This document shows, one piece after another, positions 20,402 through 30,844 of a stretch of 64,000 nucleotides of DNA. Made by a program: the position numbers and the translations under genes. The notes under the pieces are model-generated. The model did not search any database, had not been told where the DNA came from, and saw nothing but the letters and a program-made list of their open reading frames with translations. Numbering within the stretch: position 1 is the first letter of the stretch; each line of letters opens with the position of its first letter. This DNA comes from an uncultured Acidobacteriota bacterium (GTDB lineage: Bacteria; Actinomycetota; Acidimicrobiia; Spongiisociales; ZC4RG35), in contig CAWHEU010000020.1 in assembly GCA_963828465.1 (NCBI GenBank), forward strand, positions 32,001 to 96,000. The letters run 5' to 3'.

Positions 20402-21928
20402 ATGAGAGCAACTGAGACCGGACGGTCGAGGCCAGCTCGGTGGCTGGCCTTACTCGCCGTTCTGGCGTTGACCGTGGCGGCATGTGCCGGCGAGACCACG
20501 GACACCACTGGCACCACGTCAGGTGCCGCGGACACGACCGAGGCCACCGAGGAGACCACGGCGACCACCGAGGCTTCGACCGACACGACCGCAGCAAGCG
20601 GCGAGTCGATCAAGCTCGGGATCCTCGCCGAGTGTGAGGGAGCCTTCGGCGGCTTCAACGAAGATGTCGTGGCCGGGGTGACGTTGGCACTCATCAACCA
20701 CGCTGGAGCTACCAGCAATTCGACGACCACCGCCCTCGACGGGTTCGCCAACGCCGTCGCCGGTGGCCGCGAGATCGAGCTGGTCGGGATCGGTTGTGGT
20801 GATGACACGGCCGACCGGATCATCCAGGAGATACGGACGCTCGTCGAGGAGAACGGCGCCGAGATCGTGATCGGGCCACTATCCGGTGACGAGTCGATCG
20901 CTGTCGCCAACTATGCGAAAGACCATCCGGAGATCACGGTTCTCAGTGGCATCGCCGGTGCTCAAGAGACGACCTTGCAGGTGCAGGCGCCCAACTACTT
21001 CCGGTTCCACGGCGATGGCGCCCAGTGGAATGCGGGTCTGGGTGACATCCTGCACAACCAGGCAGGATGGGACACAGCCGCCATCATCGTCGACGACTAC
21101 AGCTTCGGCTGGACATCGTCTGCGGGGTTCATCGCCGACTTCTGTGCGGTCGGTGGAACGATCGCGCCCGAGGCGCGGATCTACCCGCCATTGGGGACGA
21201 CGGACTACTCGTCGTTCATCCAGCAGCTGCCCGACCCGGATGAGGTCGACGGTTACTTCTGGGTCGTCGGCGGGACCGGGACCACGGCTGCGCTCGAAGC
21301 GTTCGTCAACGCCAAGGGCGAGCTGACTGGCGATCAGCATGCCGGCAACCTGTTCTTCAACCCGGGGCTCGCCTCGACATTGGGCCCGGGCATCGCCGGC
21401 GCCTATGTCGGTGGATTCGCCACTCCTCCAGGTGACGTGAGCTCGCCGGAGATCGACGAGTACCTGGCCAGCGCCGACGCGGCCTGGGAGACCCTGGCGG
21501 GTGCCCTGAGCGGCAACGAGCCCGCACCACCATCGGTGGCGGCTGCGTTCGGGTTCTTCTACGGCTACTACGGCGGCGGTGTTGCGCTGGTCAATGCGCT
21601 GAATGCGGTCGAAGGAGACCTGTCGAACAACCATGAGGCGCTGCGTGCCGAGCTCGCAGGGATGACTCTCGAGCTGCCCTATGGGCCGGTGAGCCTGGAC
21701 GAGAACCGTCACGGCATCGTCGACGTCTACCTCTCCCAGCTGGTCCTCGATGGCGAGGAAGTGGTGCAGAAGACCGTGGCCCTGATCCCGCAAGTGGATC
21801 AGACCTTCGGTGGCACGTTCAGCGCCGACACCCCGGGCCCCTCCAGGGACTTCCCGGAGTGTGAACCGGCGGAGCTGCCGTGGAGCGGGAACGCGATACC
21901 GGTTGTCGACGGTGTCCCGCAGGAGTAG
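20402..21928 (+). CDS. ABC substrate-binding lipoprotein (LivJ/PBP type I)
   Basis: GGAGG RBS; lipobox VAAC; Thr-rich linker; IGPLSGDE; DDYSFG. Confidence 0.88.
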   Translation: MRATETGRSRPARWLALLAVLALTVAACAGETTDTTGTTSGAADTTEATEETTATTEASTDTTAASGESIKLGILAECEGAFGGFNEDVVAGVTLALINHAGATSNSTTTALDGFANAVAGGREIELVGIGCGDDTADRIIQEIRTLVEENGAEIVIGPLSGDESIAVANYAKDHPEITVLSGIAGAQETTLQVQAPNYFRFHGDGAQWNAGLGDILHNQAGWDTAAIIVDDYSFGWTSSAGFIADFCAVGGTIAPEARIYPPLGTTDYSSFIQQLPDPDEVDGYFWVVGGTGTTAALEAFVNAKGELTGDQHAGNLFFNPGLASTLGPGIAGAYVGGFATPPGDVSSPEIDEYLASADAAWETLAGALSGNEPAPPSVAAAFGFFYGYYGGGVALVNALNAVEGDLSNNHEALRAELAGMTLELPYGPVSLDENRHGIVDVYLSQLVLDGEEVVQKTVALIPQVDQTFGGTFSADTPGPSRDFPECEPAELPWSGNAIPVVDGVPQE

Positions 21929-21941
21929 GTGAGGAAGCAGG

Positions 21942-22728
21942 GTGGACCCGAATCCAGAGGTCCCGATCGAAGCACCTCAGGGCCCTGCCCTGAGTCTCCG
22001 GTCGGTGACCAAGGCGTTCGGAGGACTGGTGGCCGTGGACGGCATCGATCTCGATGTCGTCCACGGCCAACGCTTGGGTCTTCTCGGCCCCAATGGGGCC
22101 GGGAAAACCACCCTTTTCAATCTGGTCGCCGGGGACATGCGACCTACCTCAGGGACCATCGAGATCGGAGGCGTGGATTGCACGATGCTCGCCTCGCGTC
22201 ACCGTGCGGCCATGGGCGTCGCCCGCACCTATCAGAGGACCCGTCTCTTCGGAGGATTGACCGTCACCGACAATCTCTATCTCGCCCAGACCGGTAAGAG
22301 CGGGCGCCACAGGGCATTGTGGAAATCCGAGGGGGATGAGTTGCTGCGCGAGAAGGCTGCAGGACGCGGCAGCAAAGGTGTGGCTCGGCAAACGCAAGGA
22401 CGACATAGTGGACGACCTCTCCCACGGTGAGCGCCGGCAACTGGAAGTGGCCATGGCATTGGTCACCGACCCTTCGATCCTCCTTCTCGATGAGCCGGCC
22501 TCGGGCCTCTCCCAGGGCGAGCGGGAGAACCTGACCCAGTTGTTGCTCGGGCTCCCCCGAGAGTTGACACTGGTCCTCATCGAGCATGACATGGATGTGG
22601 CCCTCCGGGCCGCAGAGCGAATCGTGGTCATGTCCGACGGGAAGATGGTGGCCTCCGGCACCACGGAGGAGATCCGGCACGATCCCATCGTCCATGAGAT
22701 CTATCTCGGCGAACCCGGCGAAGACTGA
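21942..22728 (+). CDS. livG: ABC ATP-binding protein (LivG-like), frameshift near 22358
   Basis: FGGLVAV, GPNGAGKTT in frame 1; LSHGERRQLE, LLDEP, IEHDM, EIYLG in frame 2. Confidence 0.85.
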
Positions 22729-23438
22729 TGGCCGACCCACTGCTCCAGGTCGACATGCTCCAGGCCGGCTACGGCCAGTCGACGGTCCTCGACGGGCTCT
22801 CCTTCTCCATGGGAACCGAGTCGGTGGCGATCATCGGGCGCAATGGCATGGGGAAGACGACCCTGTGCAAGACGATCATGGGGCTGGTCAGACCGACCCG
22901 CGGGTCGGTGGTGTTCGACGGCCAGGATCTGACCGGTCTCCCGCCCGAGAAGATATCGCGGGCAGGGATCGCCTATGTGCCCCAGGGTCGGCGGCTCTTT
23001 CCATCGCTCACCGTCGATGAGCATCTGCGGATGCTGGCCAATGGGACCAAGGGCAAACGGTGGACGGCGGATGCCGTGTACGAGTTGTTTCCCCGCCTCG
23101 CCCAGCGCCGCCAGAACCATGGGGGTGACCTGTCCGGGGGAGAGCAACAGATGTTGGCGGTGGGCCGGGCACTGATGCTGAACAGCAAGCTGATCCTGAT
23201 GGACGAGCCATCCGAGGGTCTCGCCCCGACCATCGTGGAGACGCTGATAGCCGCGGTTCACACCCTCGTGGCCGAGGGAGTGGCGGTCCTTGCGGTCGAG
23301 CAGAACATCCATGCCGCAACCGCCATGGCCGAGCGCCAGCTGGCGATGGTGTCGGGGCGGATCGAGGCAGAGTTCGGCGCCGAGGAGATTCGAAACGACC
23401 CCACGCTGCAACGGCTGTACTTGGGCGTCGATGCCTGA
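22728..23438 (+). CDS. livF: ABC ATP-binding protein (LivF-like)
   Basis: GRNGMGKTT, VPQGRRLF, LSGGEQQMLA, MDEPSEGLAP, VEQN. Confidence 0.92.
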   Translation: MADPLLQVDMLQAGYGQSTVLDGLSFSMGTESVAIIGRNGMGKTTLCKTIMGLVRPTRGSVVFDGQDLTGLPPEKISRAGIAYVPQGRRLFPSLTVDEHLRMLANGTKGKRWTADAVYELFPRLAQRRQNHGGDLSGGEQQMLAVGRALMLNSKLILMDEPSEGLAPTIVETLIAAVHTLVAEGVAVLAVEQNIHAATAMAERQLAMVSGRIEAEFGAEEIRNDPTLQRLYLGVDA

Positions 23439-23466
23439 GACGGCGGTCTCGAGGAGAGAAAGGCCT

Positions 23467-24651
23467 ATGACCACCACCAACGTCGCACTCCTGGGCTCGA
23501 AGTTCATGGGCCGTGCCCATTCCAACGCCTGGATGAGCGTCGGCAAGTATTTCCCTGATGCCGGAGCCGCCAACCTGCACACCGTGGCGGCCCGGAATGC
23601 AGAAGACCTGGAGAGATTCGCAGACTCCTGGGGGTGGTCGGCTTGGACCACCGATTGGCGCGAGGCCGCGACCCATTCCGAGGTCGATCTGGTGGATGTC
23701 GCCACTCCCAACGATGTCCACGCCGAGCAAGCGATCGCCGCCCTGGAGGCAGGCAAACACGTCGCCTGTGAGAAACCCCTCGCTGCCGATCTGGATGGCG
23801 CCAAGGCCATGGCGGGCGCCGCGGCCAAAGCCGAAGGGAAGGCGTTCGTCTGGTACATGTACCGCCGGGTGCCGGCCCTCGCCCTTGCTCACCGATTGGT
23901 GAAGGACGGCGCGTTGGGCCGGATCTATCACAGCCGGGCGGCGTATCTGCAGAGCTGGGGTGGGCCCGATACTCCCCTCCTGTGGCGCTTTCAGGGCGAC
24001 GTGGCGGGCTCGGGCGCCCACGGCGATCTCAATGCCCACATCATCGATGCCGTGCGGTTCATCACAGGCGAGGAAATCGTCACCGTCGACGGGGCGATCG
24101 AGCACACCTTCATCGAGGAACGAACGGTTCTCGAAGGAGCCGCGGGAGGCGAGATCGCCGGCGCCGGCGCCGCCACCGCGGGCGCCAAAGGCAGGAGCAC
24201 TGTCGACGACGCGGTTCTCTTCATCGGCCGGCTATCAGGGGGCGGGCTGGCCAGCTTCGAGGCGACCCGGCTCGCCACCGGCTATCACAACGCCAACCGA
24301 ATCGAGATCCACGGCGAGAGAGGTGCCCTTCGGTTCGACTTCGAGCGGATGAACGAGCTGGGCTACTACGACGCAAGCGGTGAGCCCTCTACCCAGGGCT
24401 GGACCACGATCGACGTGACCAGGGGAGGCGACGGCCACCCGTACGCCGACGCATGGTGGCCTGCCAGCCATGGCCTCGGATACGAGAACACTTTCGTCAA
24501 CCAGGCCGCCGACATGCTCCGGGCGATCGGGGGGCAAGAGCCTGTGGTACCGCTACCCGACTTCGCCGACGCCCTCGAGACCCAAAGAGTCTTGGCGGCA
24601 GCTCTCGTCTCGGCGCGGGAGCACTCGCCTGTCGACATCGCGGAACTTTGA
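23467..24651 (+). CDS. Gfo/Idh/MocA oxidoreductase (levoglucosan/inositol dehydrogenase-like)
   Basis: [36 protein letters not shown]. Confidence 0.9.
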   Translation: MTTTNVALLGSKFMGRAHSNAWMSVGKYFPDAGAANLHTVAARNAEDLERFADSWGWSAWTTDWREAATHSEVDLVDVATPNDVHAEQAIAALEAGKHVACEKPLAADLDGAKAMAGAAAKAEGKAFVWYMYRRVPALALAHRLVKDGALGRIYHSRAAYLQSWGGPDTPLLWRFQGDVAGSGAHGDLNAHIIDAVRFITGEEIVTVDGAIEHTFIEERTVLEGAAGGEIAGAGAATAGAKGRSTVDDAVLFIGRLSGGGLASFEATRLATGYHNANRIEIHGERGALRFDFERMNELGYYDASGEPSTQGWTTIDVTRGGDGHPYADAWWPASHGLGYENTFVNQAADMLRAIGGQEPVVPLPDFADALETQRVLAAALVSAREHSPVDIAEL

Positions 24652-24673
24652 GATCTCCAAGAGAGGAACACAC

Positions 24674-25918
24674 ATGAGCAACGCAGCACCCTTCGATCCC
24701 GTATTCATGCCCGTCGGCGTCTTGACCGCCGCCCTCCAAGAGCTGACACCACGGGACAAGAGAGACCCGGATCCCGACCTCGCGATCGAGGAATGGCTCG
24801 ATTTCGCCTCCGAGCTTGGAGTCGACTGCATCGAGCTTTCCGCCGCCGTCCATCCTGACCTTGCCGACATCCCACCCGAGGCGATGCTCGACCCAGTCGC
24901 CAATACGCTCGACCTGCGCCAACCGTTCGACCAGGGCCGGGCAGATCGCGTTCAGGCCGCGATCAAAGACTCAGGCGTCTGGCTGGCAGACCTCGCCTAC
25001 TTCGACAACCTCCTGCACGACGACCCGGCAATTCGACGCGACAAGCACGATTTCATGCTGAGAGTCATGGACGCAGCCGTGCTGCTCGGAGTGCCGGCGG
25101 TGGCCGGGTTCGTGGGCAGGGACCAGACCAGATCGATGGACCAGAACCTGATCGAGTTCGAGGAGAGCTTCGTTCCACTACTCAAAGCCGCAAAGGATCG
25201 AGGCCTGACCTATCGGGTGGAGCAGTGCCCGATGCCCGGATGGACGCCCAGCGACAATTATCACAACAACATCGGTTACACCCCCGGTATGTGGATCGCT
25301 CTTCATCGGATCGCCGAGAAGCACGGCGTGGGCGACCAGTTCCGGATTCACTACGACCCGTCTCATTCGATTCTGATGGGTCAGGACACCCGTTCCATGT
25401 TTCAGTACCTGGCCGACGAGGGCTACGGGTTCTTGATCGGCGGGCTGCATGTCAAGGGGCAGGTCATCGACAGCAGAGGTGTGGCGGCCTGGGGATACGG
25501 CGGCCAGACAGTGCAGAGAGGCGACTGGATCGACGGCGAGATCTCGCCGAATCCTGTCGACTGGGGCAAGTCATGGCAGATCCAAACGGTGCTGGCCGAG
25601 CACGAGCTGCCCGGCACTGCCAAGCACGACCCTCTGGCCTATCTCCAGAATCGCTCGGTGGACTGGCTGGACCATCAACTCGCTCTGCGTGAGCTTCTCG
25701 ACGTCGACGTGGCGAATACCCCACTCATCGTGGAGCACGAGTACCCGCCGGCCCGTGTGCAGGACAAGGCCGACCTCAAGCCCATCCTGGAAGGGTCGAT
25801 CGCGTTCACCCGCTACATCGATCAGGCGGCCGCCGCCATGTATGCGTTGCAGAACGAGGTGCTCTCCGCTCAGGACATCGCGGTCCAGGGAATCGGTCGA
25901 GAGGCGTTCCGGAGCTGA
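24674..25918 (+). CDS. Sugar phosphate isomerase/epimerase TIM barrel (AP_endonuc_2)
   Basis: [21 protein letters not shown] motifs. Confidence 0.8.
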   Translation: MSNAAPFDPVFMPVGVLTAALQELTPRDKRDPDPDLAIEEWLDFASELGVDCIELSAAVHPDLADIPPEAMLDPVANTLDLRQPFDQGRADRVQAAIKDSGVWLADLAYFDNLLHDDPAIRRDKHDFMLRVMDAAVLLGVPAVAGFVGRDQTRSMDQNLIEFEESFVPLLKAAKDRGLTYRVEQCPMPGWTPSDNYHNNIGYTPGMWIALHRIAEKHGVGDQFRIHYDPSHSILMGQDTRSMFQYLADEGYGFLIGGLHVKGQVIDSRGVAAWGYGGQTVQRGDWIDGEISPNPVDWGKSWQIQTVLAEHELPGTAKHDPLAYLQNRSVDWLDHQLALRELLDVDVANTPLIVEHEYPPARVQDKADLKPILEGSIAFTRYIDQAAAAMYALQNEVLSAQDIAVQGIGREAFRS

Positions 25919-26057
25919 TCGAGGATGCTGAGGCGGAGAGCCGACCCGCTTGACCCTGCGTTTGACGCCATGTGCTCATGACCACTGGGGAGATGGTTGA
26001 GTGCACTTGAAATGCTGAGAAATACCCGTTTGGAGACGGGAGCGACTCGAGCATGAG

Positions 26058-27005
26058 TTGCTCGCCCCGGAGGCCACGAAAGCATCCGAGTCAGTCGGTC
26101 GGGAGGAGGACGAGGAGCCCGACGAGTTTCGCACTGCATTCGAGCGGGACCGGGACCGCGTCATCCACACCAAGGCGTTTCGCCGTCTGAAGCACAAGAC
26201 CCAGGTTTTCCTCAACCCCGACGGTGACCATTTCGTCACCCGGATGACCCATACCATCCAGGTGAACCAGGTGGGGCGGGCCATGGCCCGCGCCCTCGGC
26301 CTCAACGAGGATCTCACCGAGGCGATTTGCCTCGGTCATGACGTCGGCCATTCACCATTCGGGCACACCGGCGAGGACGCGCTGAGCCCGGTGATCGGGG
26401 AAACCTGGCTCCACTCGGCGCACGGCGTGCGCACTCTGACGCTCATCGAGCCACAAAACCTCACCGGAGAGGTACTCGACGGGATCCGCGCACATTCCTG
26501 GCGAATTGACCCTCCCCCATCAACACCGGAGGGCATGTTGTGTCGGTTCGCAGACCGAATCGCCTATCTCACCCACGACGTGGCCGACGCGTTGCGGGCC
26601 AACGTCATCGAGTACCACCAGATACCCACCCGGGCTCTGACCACGCTAGGAGCGACCTCACGAGAGTGGATCGGGTCGCTCGCAACTTCGGTCATCGAGG
26701 CCAGCGCCGAATCAGGCCAGGTCGTGATGGGCGATCATCATCTGGAGGTGATGGGCGAGCTACGGGAGTTCATGTTTGCCCGGGTCTACCTGACGCCCGA
26801 AAGCGAGATGCAGAAGCAGAAGGCGATAACGGTCATCCAGGACCTCGTCGGCTATTTCACCGACCATCCCGCCGAGGTACCCGATTCGGCCACAGTTCCC
26901 GACGCCGCCGAGCTCGACCGGGCGGTGGACTACGTGGCCGGAATGACCGATCGCTTCGCCCTTCATACCCACGACCGGCTGTTCCGGCCAACACTTCTCG
27001 ACTGA
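26058..27005 (+). CDS. dgt: Short dGTP triphosphohydrolase-like HD protein
   Basis: RTAFERDRDRVIH, FRRLKHKTQV, TRMTH, LGHDVGHSPFGH, DYVAGMTD; true start possibly ATG 26012 with an indel. Confidence 0.88.
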   Translation: MLAPEATKASESVGREEDEEPDEFRTAFERDRDRVIHTKAFRRLKHKTQVFLNPDGDHFVTRMTHTIQVNQVGRAMARALGLNEDLTEAICLGHDVGHSPFGHTGEDALSPVIGETWLHSAHGVRTLTLIEPQNLTGEVLDGIRAHSWRIDPPPSTPEGMLCRFADRIAYLTHDVADALRANVIEYHQIPTRALTTLGATSREWIGSLATSVIEASAESGQVVMGDHHLEVMGELREFMFARVYLTPESEMQKQKAITVIQDLVGYFTDHPAEVPDSATVPDAAELDRAVDYVAGMTDRFALHTHDRLFRPTLLD

Positions 27006-27021
27006 GGGGAATCCCCAGCGC

Positions 27022-27192
27022 TCAGGCCCTGAGCGGGTCGCGGAGCCGGAGGAAACGCCGTCGCCGTCTCGGCTTCGGCTCTCTGCTGGCCTTGTTGGCC
27101 TGCTTCACCTCACGCACCAACCTCGCGTGCTCGGCCTCCCTCATACGCTCCGCCATCACCGCACTGACATGATCGTTTTGCAAGTAAGTCAT
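27022..27192 (-). CDS. Small basic hypothetical protein (56 aa)
   Basis: AAAGGGG RBS then ATG; helical sequence with Arg-rich tail; sits just downstream of the LuxR regulator. Confidence 0.6.
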   Translation of the reverse strand: MTYLQNDHVSAVMAERMREAEHARLVREVKQANKASREPKPRRRRRFLRLRDPLRA

Positions 27193-27271
27193 CGTGTTTC
27201 CCCTTTGTCGATGCCCGTAGTGGCACATTGCGAAGGTACGACAAGCGCCATCTGATGGAATCGGTGGGAGA

Positions 27272-27304
27272 TGCCTAGATGTTGGGTGCGTGGCTGCCTA
27301 TATG
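27272..27304 (-). promoter_or_regulatory. Direct repeat, candidate LuxR-STAND binding site
   Basis: TGCCTAGATG (27272) and TGCCTATATG (27295), 23-bp period, upstream of the small ORF. Confidence 0.4.
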
Positions 27305-27314
27305 GGCAGAACCG

Positions 27315-29891
27315 TCACCTATCGAGCAGCCCGGCGTCACGCGCCATCGATGCTGCGTCTGAACGACTGTTGGCACCCAGCTTGCCGAGGATGGCCGAGA
27401 CGTGGTGATCGACTGTTCGGTTCGAGACGAAGAGCCGGTCGGCAATCTCGGCATTGGTCATGCCCTCGGAGAGATGGCGAAGCACTTCCAGCTGGCGCGA
27501 TGTCAGGCCGAATGGGTTATCCCGCGTGGTCCTGGTCGGTCCCCTGGGGACTCGATTCACCCCCGCCTCGGCCAGCTCCGCGCGGAGCCGGGCTGCCACC
27601 GGAATAGCGCCGAGATCGTCGAAGATCCCCAGCGCCTCGATACGAGCATCGGTGTCTCCATGACTCAGGGCCAGGGCCCTGTCATAGGGAATGCCGCGCT
27701 CCTTCCAGAATGCGGCGGCGCCCTCCCAGTCCCCAGCGCCGGCCAGGCGATACGGCTCGGGGGCGATATCGGGTATCTGGTCTATCTCGCCGATCAAACG
27801 GAGCCAGAAGGCGAGCTCTCCGGCCATCCATGGAGAGTCGCGTTCGATGCAATCAGCCAGAATCTCCCGCATCTGGGGGAAGATCGTCTCATCGAGCTTG
27901 CCCCCGATCCAGACGTACTCGGCCAGCGAAATCGCCGCCGGCGTGGTCCGCTGAACTTCGTTGGCCTGAAGAGAACGTTCCCACCCATCCATCAAGTGCG
28001 TCTTGGCATCCGGCTCGCCTCGACGGGCCTGAAGTCGACCCAGCAACGTGCTGGCCACGATGTTGGCCGTGCCCAGCTCGGCGAGGGTGTCGAGCACGAA
28101 GCAGACCTTCGCTTCTGCTTCTGCCCAGTTCCCCCTCATCTCGTCAATCAGCGCGAGTTCCCCGGTCACATACGCATCGAACGAAGCGATTTCCCGATCA
28201 ATCGAGAGCTCGTGGGCCCTACCCGCCCACAACTCGGCAGTCGGGAGGTCGCGGTAATAGATCGCGCCCCAGCTGATGTTGACTGCGGCCCGGATCTGGT
28301 CGTGGCTGGAATGGATGTCGGCGGACATGACGTAGCTCTCTTCCAGCTCCTCCATGCCTTCCGGATATCGGGCGATGATCTTCGCCGTCCCGATGTTGTT
28401 GAGGGCGTGTGCCCGGGCCTGGCTCGGCCCCTCGCCGGCCACTGCCAGGGCCTTCTCCCCGTACCAGCGCGTTCGCTTCTCATCGCCGGCCAACATCGCC
28501 AGTTGTGAGATCGCTGAGTATGCGGTCGCCAGAGGTAATCCACCGACCGACTCCAGGACCGACGCCGCCTCATTGGCCATCTCGGTGGCGAGCGCTCGAC
28601 GATTACGCACCCAAGCGATTCGGCTCCCGATCAGCAAGGAGTTGCCGAGCTTCTCTGGATTGCCCAATCTCCGCCGGATGCCTATTCCGATCTCGATGAT
28701 CTCCTCGGCCCATGCGATCTCACTACCGAGGTATTCCTCGAAGGCCCAGAGGTCGTAGTGGTCGGCGCACATCTCGGGTTCCAGCTGATCGACGTACGGC
28801 TCGAGGGCTCGCAGGTGAGCAACCGCCTCACTGTGGCTCTCCATGGCCGAGGCGCGCCGGGCGGCGAGGGGCGCCAAACGCAGGAGAGCTTCGACATCGC
28901 CCCCTACCCGGGCGTGGTGAGCGGCCCGAGAAACGTCGTAGCCGAGGTCCTCTACAGCCCGAAGCACATCGTGATTGATCTCCCGTCTCCTGATCTGGGG
29001 AAGGTCGGTCTCGACCGAGCGGCGGGCGAGTTCGTGCCGAAATGTGAGTGCGTTCTCCGTGAGCACGATTACCCCCGCCGCCTCCGCCTCACTGGCGGCC
29101 TCCTCCGAGGAACCGAGAACAGATTCGACCAGCTCCAACTCGGCCCGGCCCGGCACGACGGAAACCAGGTCTACCAATGCCCGCGAAGCTGGAGAGAGAC
29201 GAGAGACTCTCCCCATCACCGCGTCACGCACCGAGCCAGGAACCGACTCGTGCTCGGCGCCGAGAACCTCGGTCAGAAAGAAGGGGTTGCCCCCGGTCAG
29301 CTCCCAGAGACCGTCAGTGACGCCTCCTTTCTCCGATGCCAGCTCGGACACTGCTGCCGGAGAGAGCGGAGTCAGGGTGATCCGCTCCAGGACCGAAGCA
29401 GCGATGTCTGACAGGGCGACGCGCAGAGGACGGTCGCCCGGCACCTGCCCATCTCGATAGGTGAGGATCAGCAGGCCATGGGTCCGGGCGATTCGTCTGC
29501 CGAGGAACTTGATCAGATCCAGCGTGGCCTCGTCGGCCCAGTGGATGTCCTCGATGACGATCACGGTGGGTCGCAGGGACCGGGACATGAGCTCGAGGAC
29601 GAGGGCGAACACCTCGTAGCGATCGTGGCCGCGCAGAGCTTCGCTCAGAGAAGGTTCGTCGAGGGCCATGTCCCAGATGGGCCCCAGGGGCCGGGCGGTG
29701 AGCAGGTCGTCGCAGCCACCCCAGAGAACGTGGGCGTCTTCCAGATGAGAATCGGTGAAGACGCGGACAGCCGACGTCTTGCCGATACCGGCTTCTCCGC
29801 GTACCAGCACCGCCCGCCCATCGCCATCTCTGGCGGTGGCGAGCAACTTCTCCAGACGCTGGAGGACGTCGTCGCGTTCCAACAGGTTCAT
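27315..29891 (-). CDS. Large ATP-binding LuxR regulator (AAA_16/STAND + TPR + HTH)
   Basis: GEAGIGKT, IEDIHWAD, TGGNPFF, FRHELAR, LTSRQLEVL..TVDHHVSAILGKL. Confidence 0.93.
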   Translation of the reverse strand: MNLLERDDVLQRLEKLLATARDGDGRAVLVRGEAGIGKTSAVRVFTDSHLEDAHVLWGGCDDLLTARPLGPIWDMALDEPSLSEALRGHDRYEVFALVLELMSRSLRPTVIVIEDIHWADEATLDLIKFLGRRIARTHGLLILTYRDGQVPGDRPLRVALSDIAASVLERITLTPLSPAAVSELASEKGGVTDGLWELTGGNPFFLTEVLGAEHESVPGSVRDAVMGRVSRLSPASRALVDLVSVVPGRAELELVESVLGSSEEAASEAEAAGVIVLTENALTFRHELARRSVETDLPQIRRREINHDVLRAVEDLGYDVSRAAHHARVGGDVEALLRLAPLAARRASAMESHSEAVAHLRALEPYVDQLEPEMCADHYDLWAFEEYLGSEIAWAEEIIEIGIGIRRRLGNPEKLGNSLLIGSRIAWVRNRRALATEMANEAASVLESVGGLPLATAYSAISQLAMLAGDEKRTRWYGEKALAVAGEGPSQARAHALNNIGTAKIIARYPEGMEELEESYVMSADIHSSHDQIRAAVNISWGAIYYRDLPTAELWAGRAHELSIDREIASFDAYVTGELALIDEMRGNWAEAEAKVCFVLDTLAELGTANIVASTLLGRLQARRGEPDAKTHLMDGWERSLQANEVQRTTPAAISLAEYVWIGGKLDETIFPQMREILADCIERDSPWMAGELAFWLRLIGEIDQIPDIAPEPYRLAGAGDWEGAAAFWKERGIPYDRALALSHGDTDARIEALGIFDDLGAIPVAARLRAELAEAGVNRVPRGPTRTTRDNPFGLTSRQLEVLRHLSEGMTNAEIADRLFVSNRTVDHHVSAILGKLGANSRSDAASMARDAGLLDR

Positions 29892-29956
29892 GGTCGAAGG
29901 ATGGTAACGAGAGGGCGGTTTAGCTCCTATGGGGGACGACCCCTATCCTCCGATCG

Positions 29957-30844
29957 GTGCTCGCCCTGAAAGACCTGCACAAGCGCTACGACGAGGTCGT
30001 CGCCCTCGCCGGGTGCACTCTGCAGGTCGACCGAGGTCGAATGCTCGGTTTCCTTGGTCCCAACGGCGCCGGAAAGACCACTGCCATGCGCACGATTTTC
30101 GGGTTGGTCACGCCCGACTCCGGTGAGGTCACATGGGATGGCGGGCCGATAGGGATCGAGCAGAAACGCCGGTTCGGCTACATGCCGGAGCAGCGTGGCC
30201 TCTACCCCAAGATGCGGGCACAGGAGCAACTGGCGTATCTGGGGCGGCTTCGCGGCATGGACGCCAACGGGGCCTCAGCTTCGGCCGATCGCTGGCTGGA
30301 GCGTCTCGGGCTGGCCGACCGCCGGATGGACCGGGTCGAGGTGCTTTCCCACGGCAACCAGCAGCGTGTGCAGCTGGCGGCGGCCCTGGTGCACGATCCC
30401 GAGCTCTTGATCATGGACGAGCCGTTCAGCGGCCTCGACCCGATCGCCACCGAGACCATGGCCGACATCCTCCGTGAGCAGGCGGCACTGGGCAAAGCTG
30501 TGGTGTTCTCGTCACATCAGCTCGACCTGGTCGAGGACATCTGCGAGGAGGTTGCCATCATCAACGCCGGGCAGATAGTGGTCGAGGGGGACGTGCGCGA
30601 ACTGAAGGATGCGGCTCCGATCCGCCACCTCGAGGTCGAGCTCGATGGGGAGGTCGGGAACCTGTTCGACAGCCTCGATGGAGTGCGCCAGATCCGATCG
30701 GATGATCACATCCACACCGCGATAATCGACTCCGACACCGACGTTCGAAGCTTTCTGTCCAGGGCTCAGGAAATCGGACAGCTGCGTCATTTCGCCTATA
30801 CGACTCCCTCGCTGTCCGACCTGTTCAGGGAGGCGGTCAAGTGA
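29957..30844 (+). CDS. ABC-2 exporter ATP-binding protein (NatA/YhaQ-like)
   Basis: GPNGAGKTT, LSHGNQQ, DEPFSGLDP, FSSHQL. Confidence 0.92.
   Translation: MLALKDLHKRYDEVVALAGCTLQVDRGRMLGFLGPNGAGKTTAMRTIFGLVTPDSGEVTWDGGPIGIEQKRRFGYMPEQRGLYPKMRAQEQLAYLGRLRGMDANGASASADRWLERLGLADRRMDRVEVLSHGNQQRVQLAAALVHDPELLIMDEPFSGLDPIATETMADILREQAALGKAVVFSSHQLDLVEDICEEVAIINAGQIVVEGDVRELKDAAPIRHLEVELDGEVGNLFDSLDGVRQIRSDDHIHTAIIDSDTDVRSFLSRAQEIGQLRHFAYTTPSLSDLFREAVK

Noticed and set aside
26058-27005. dGTPase as an anti-phage defence gene
   Set aside because: It resembles the short housekeeping dgt-like type, and no defence or mobile genes are nearby.
29900-29912. GTAACG near the LuxR/ABC divergent gap as a regulon site
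   Set aside because: No good partner repeat at 11 bp; better explained by a minus-strand TACCAT -10 for the LuxR gene.
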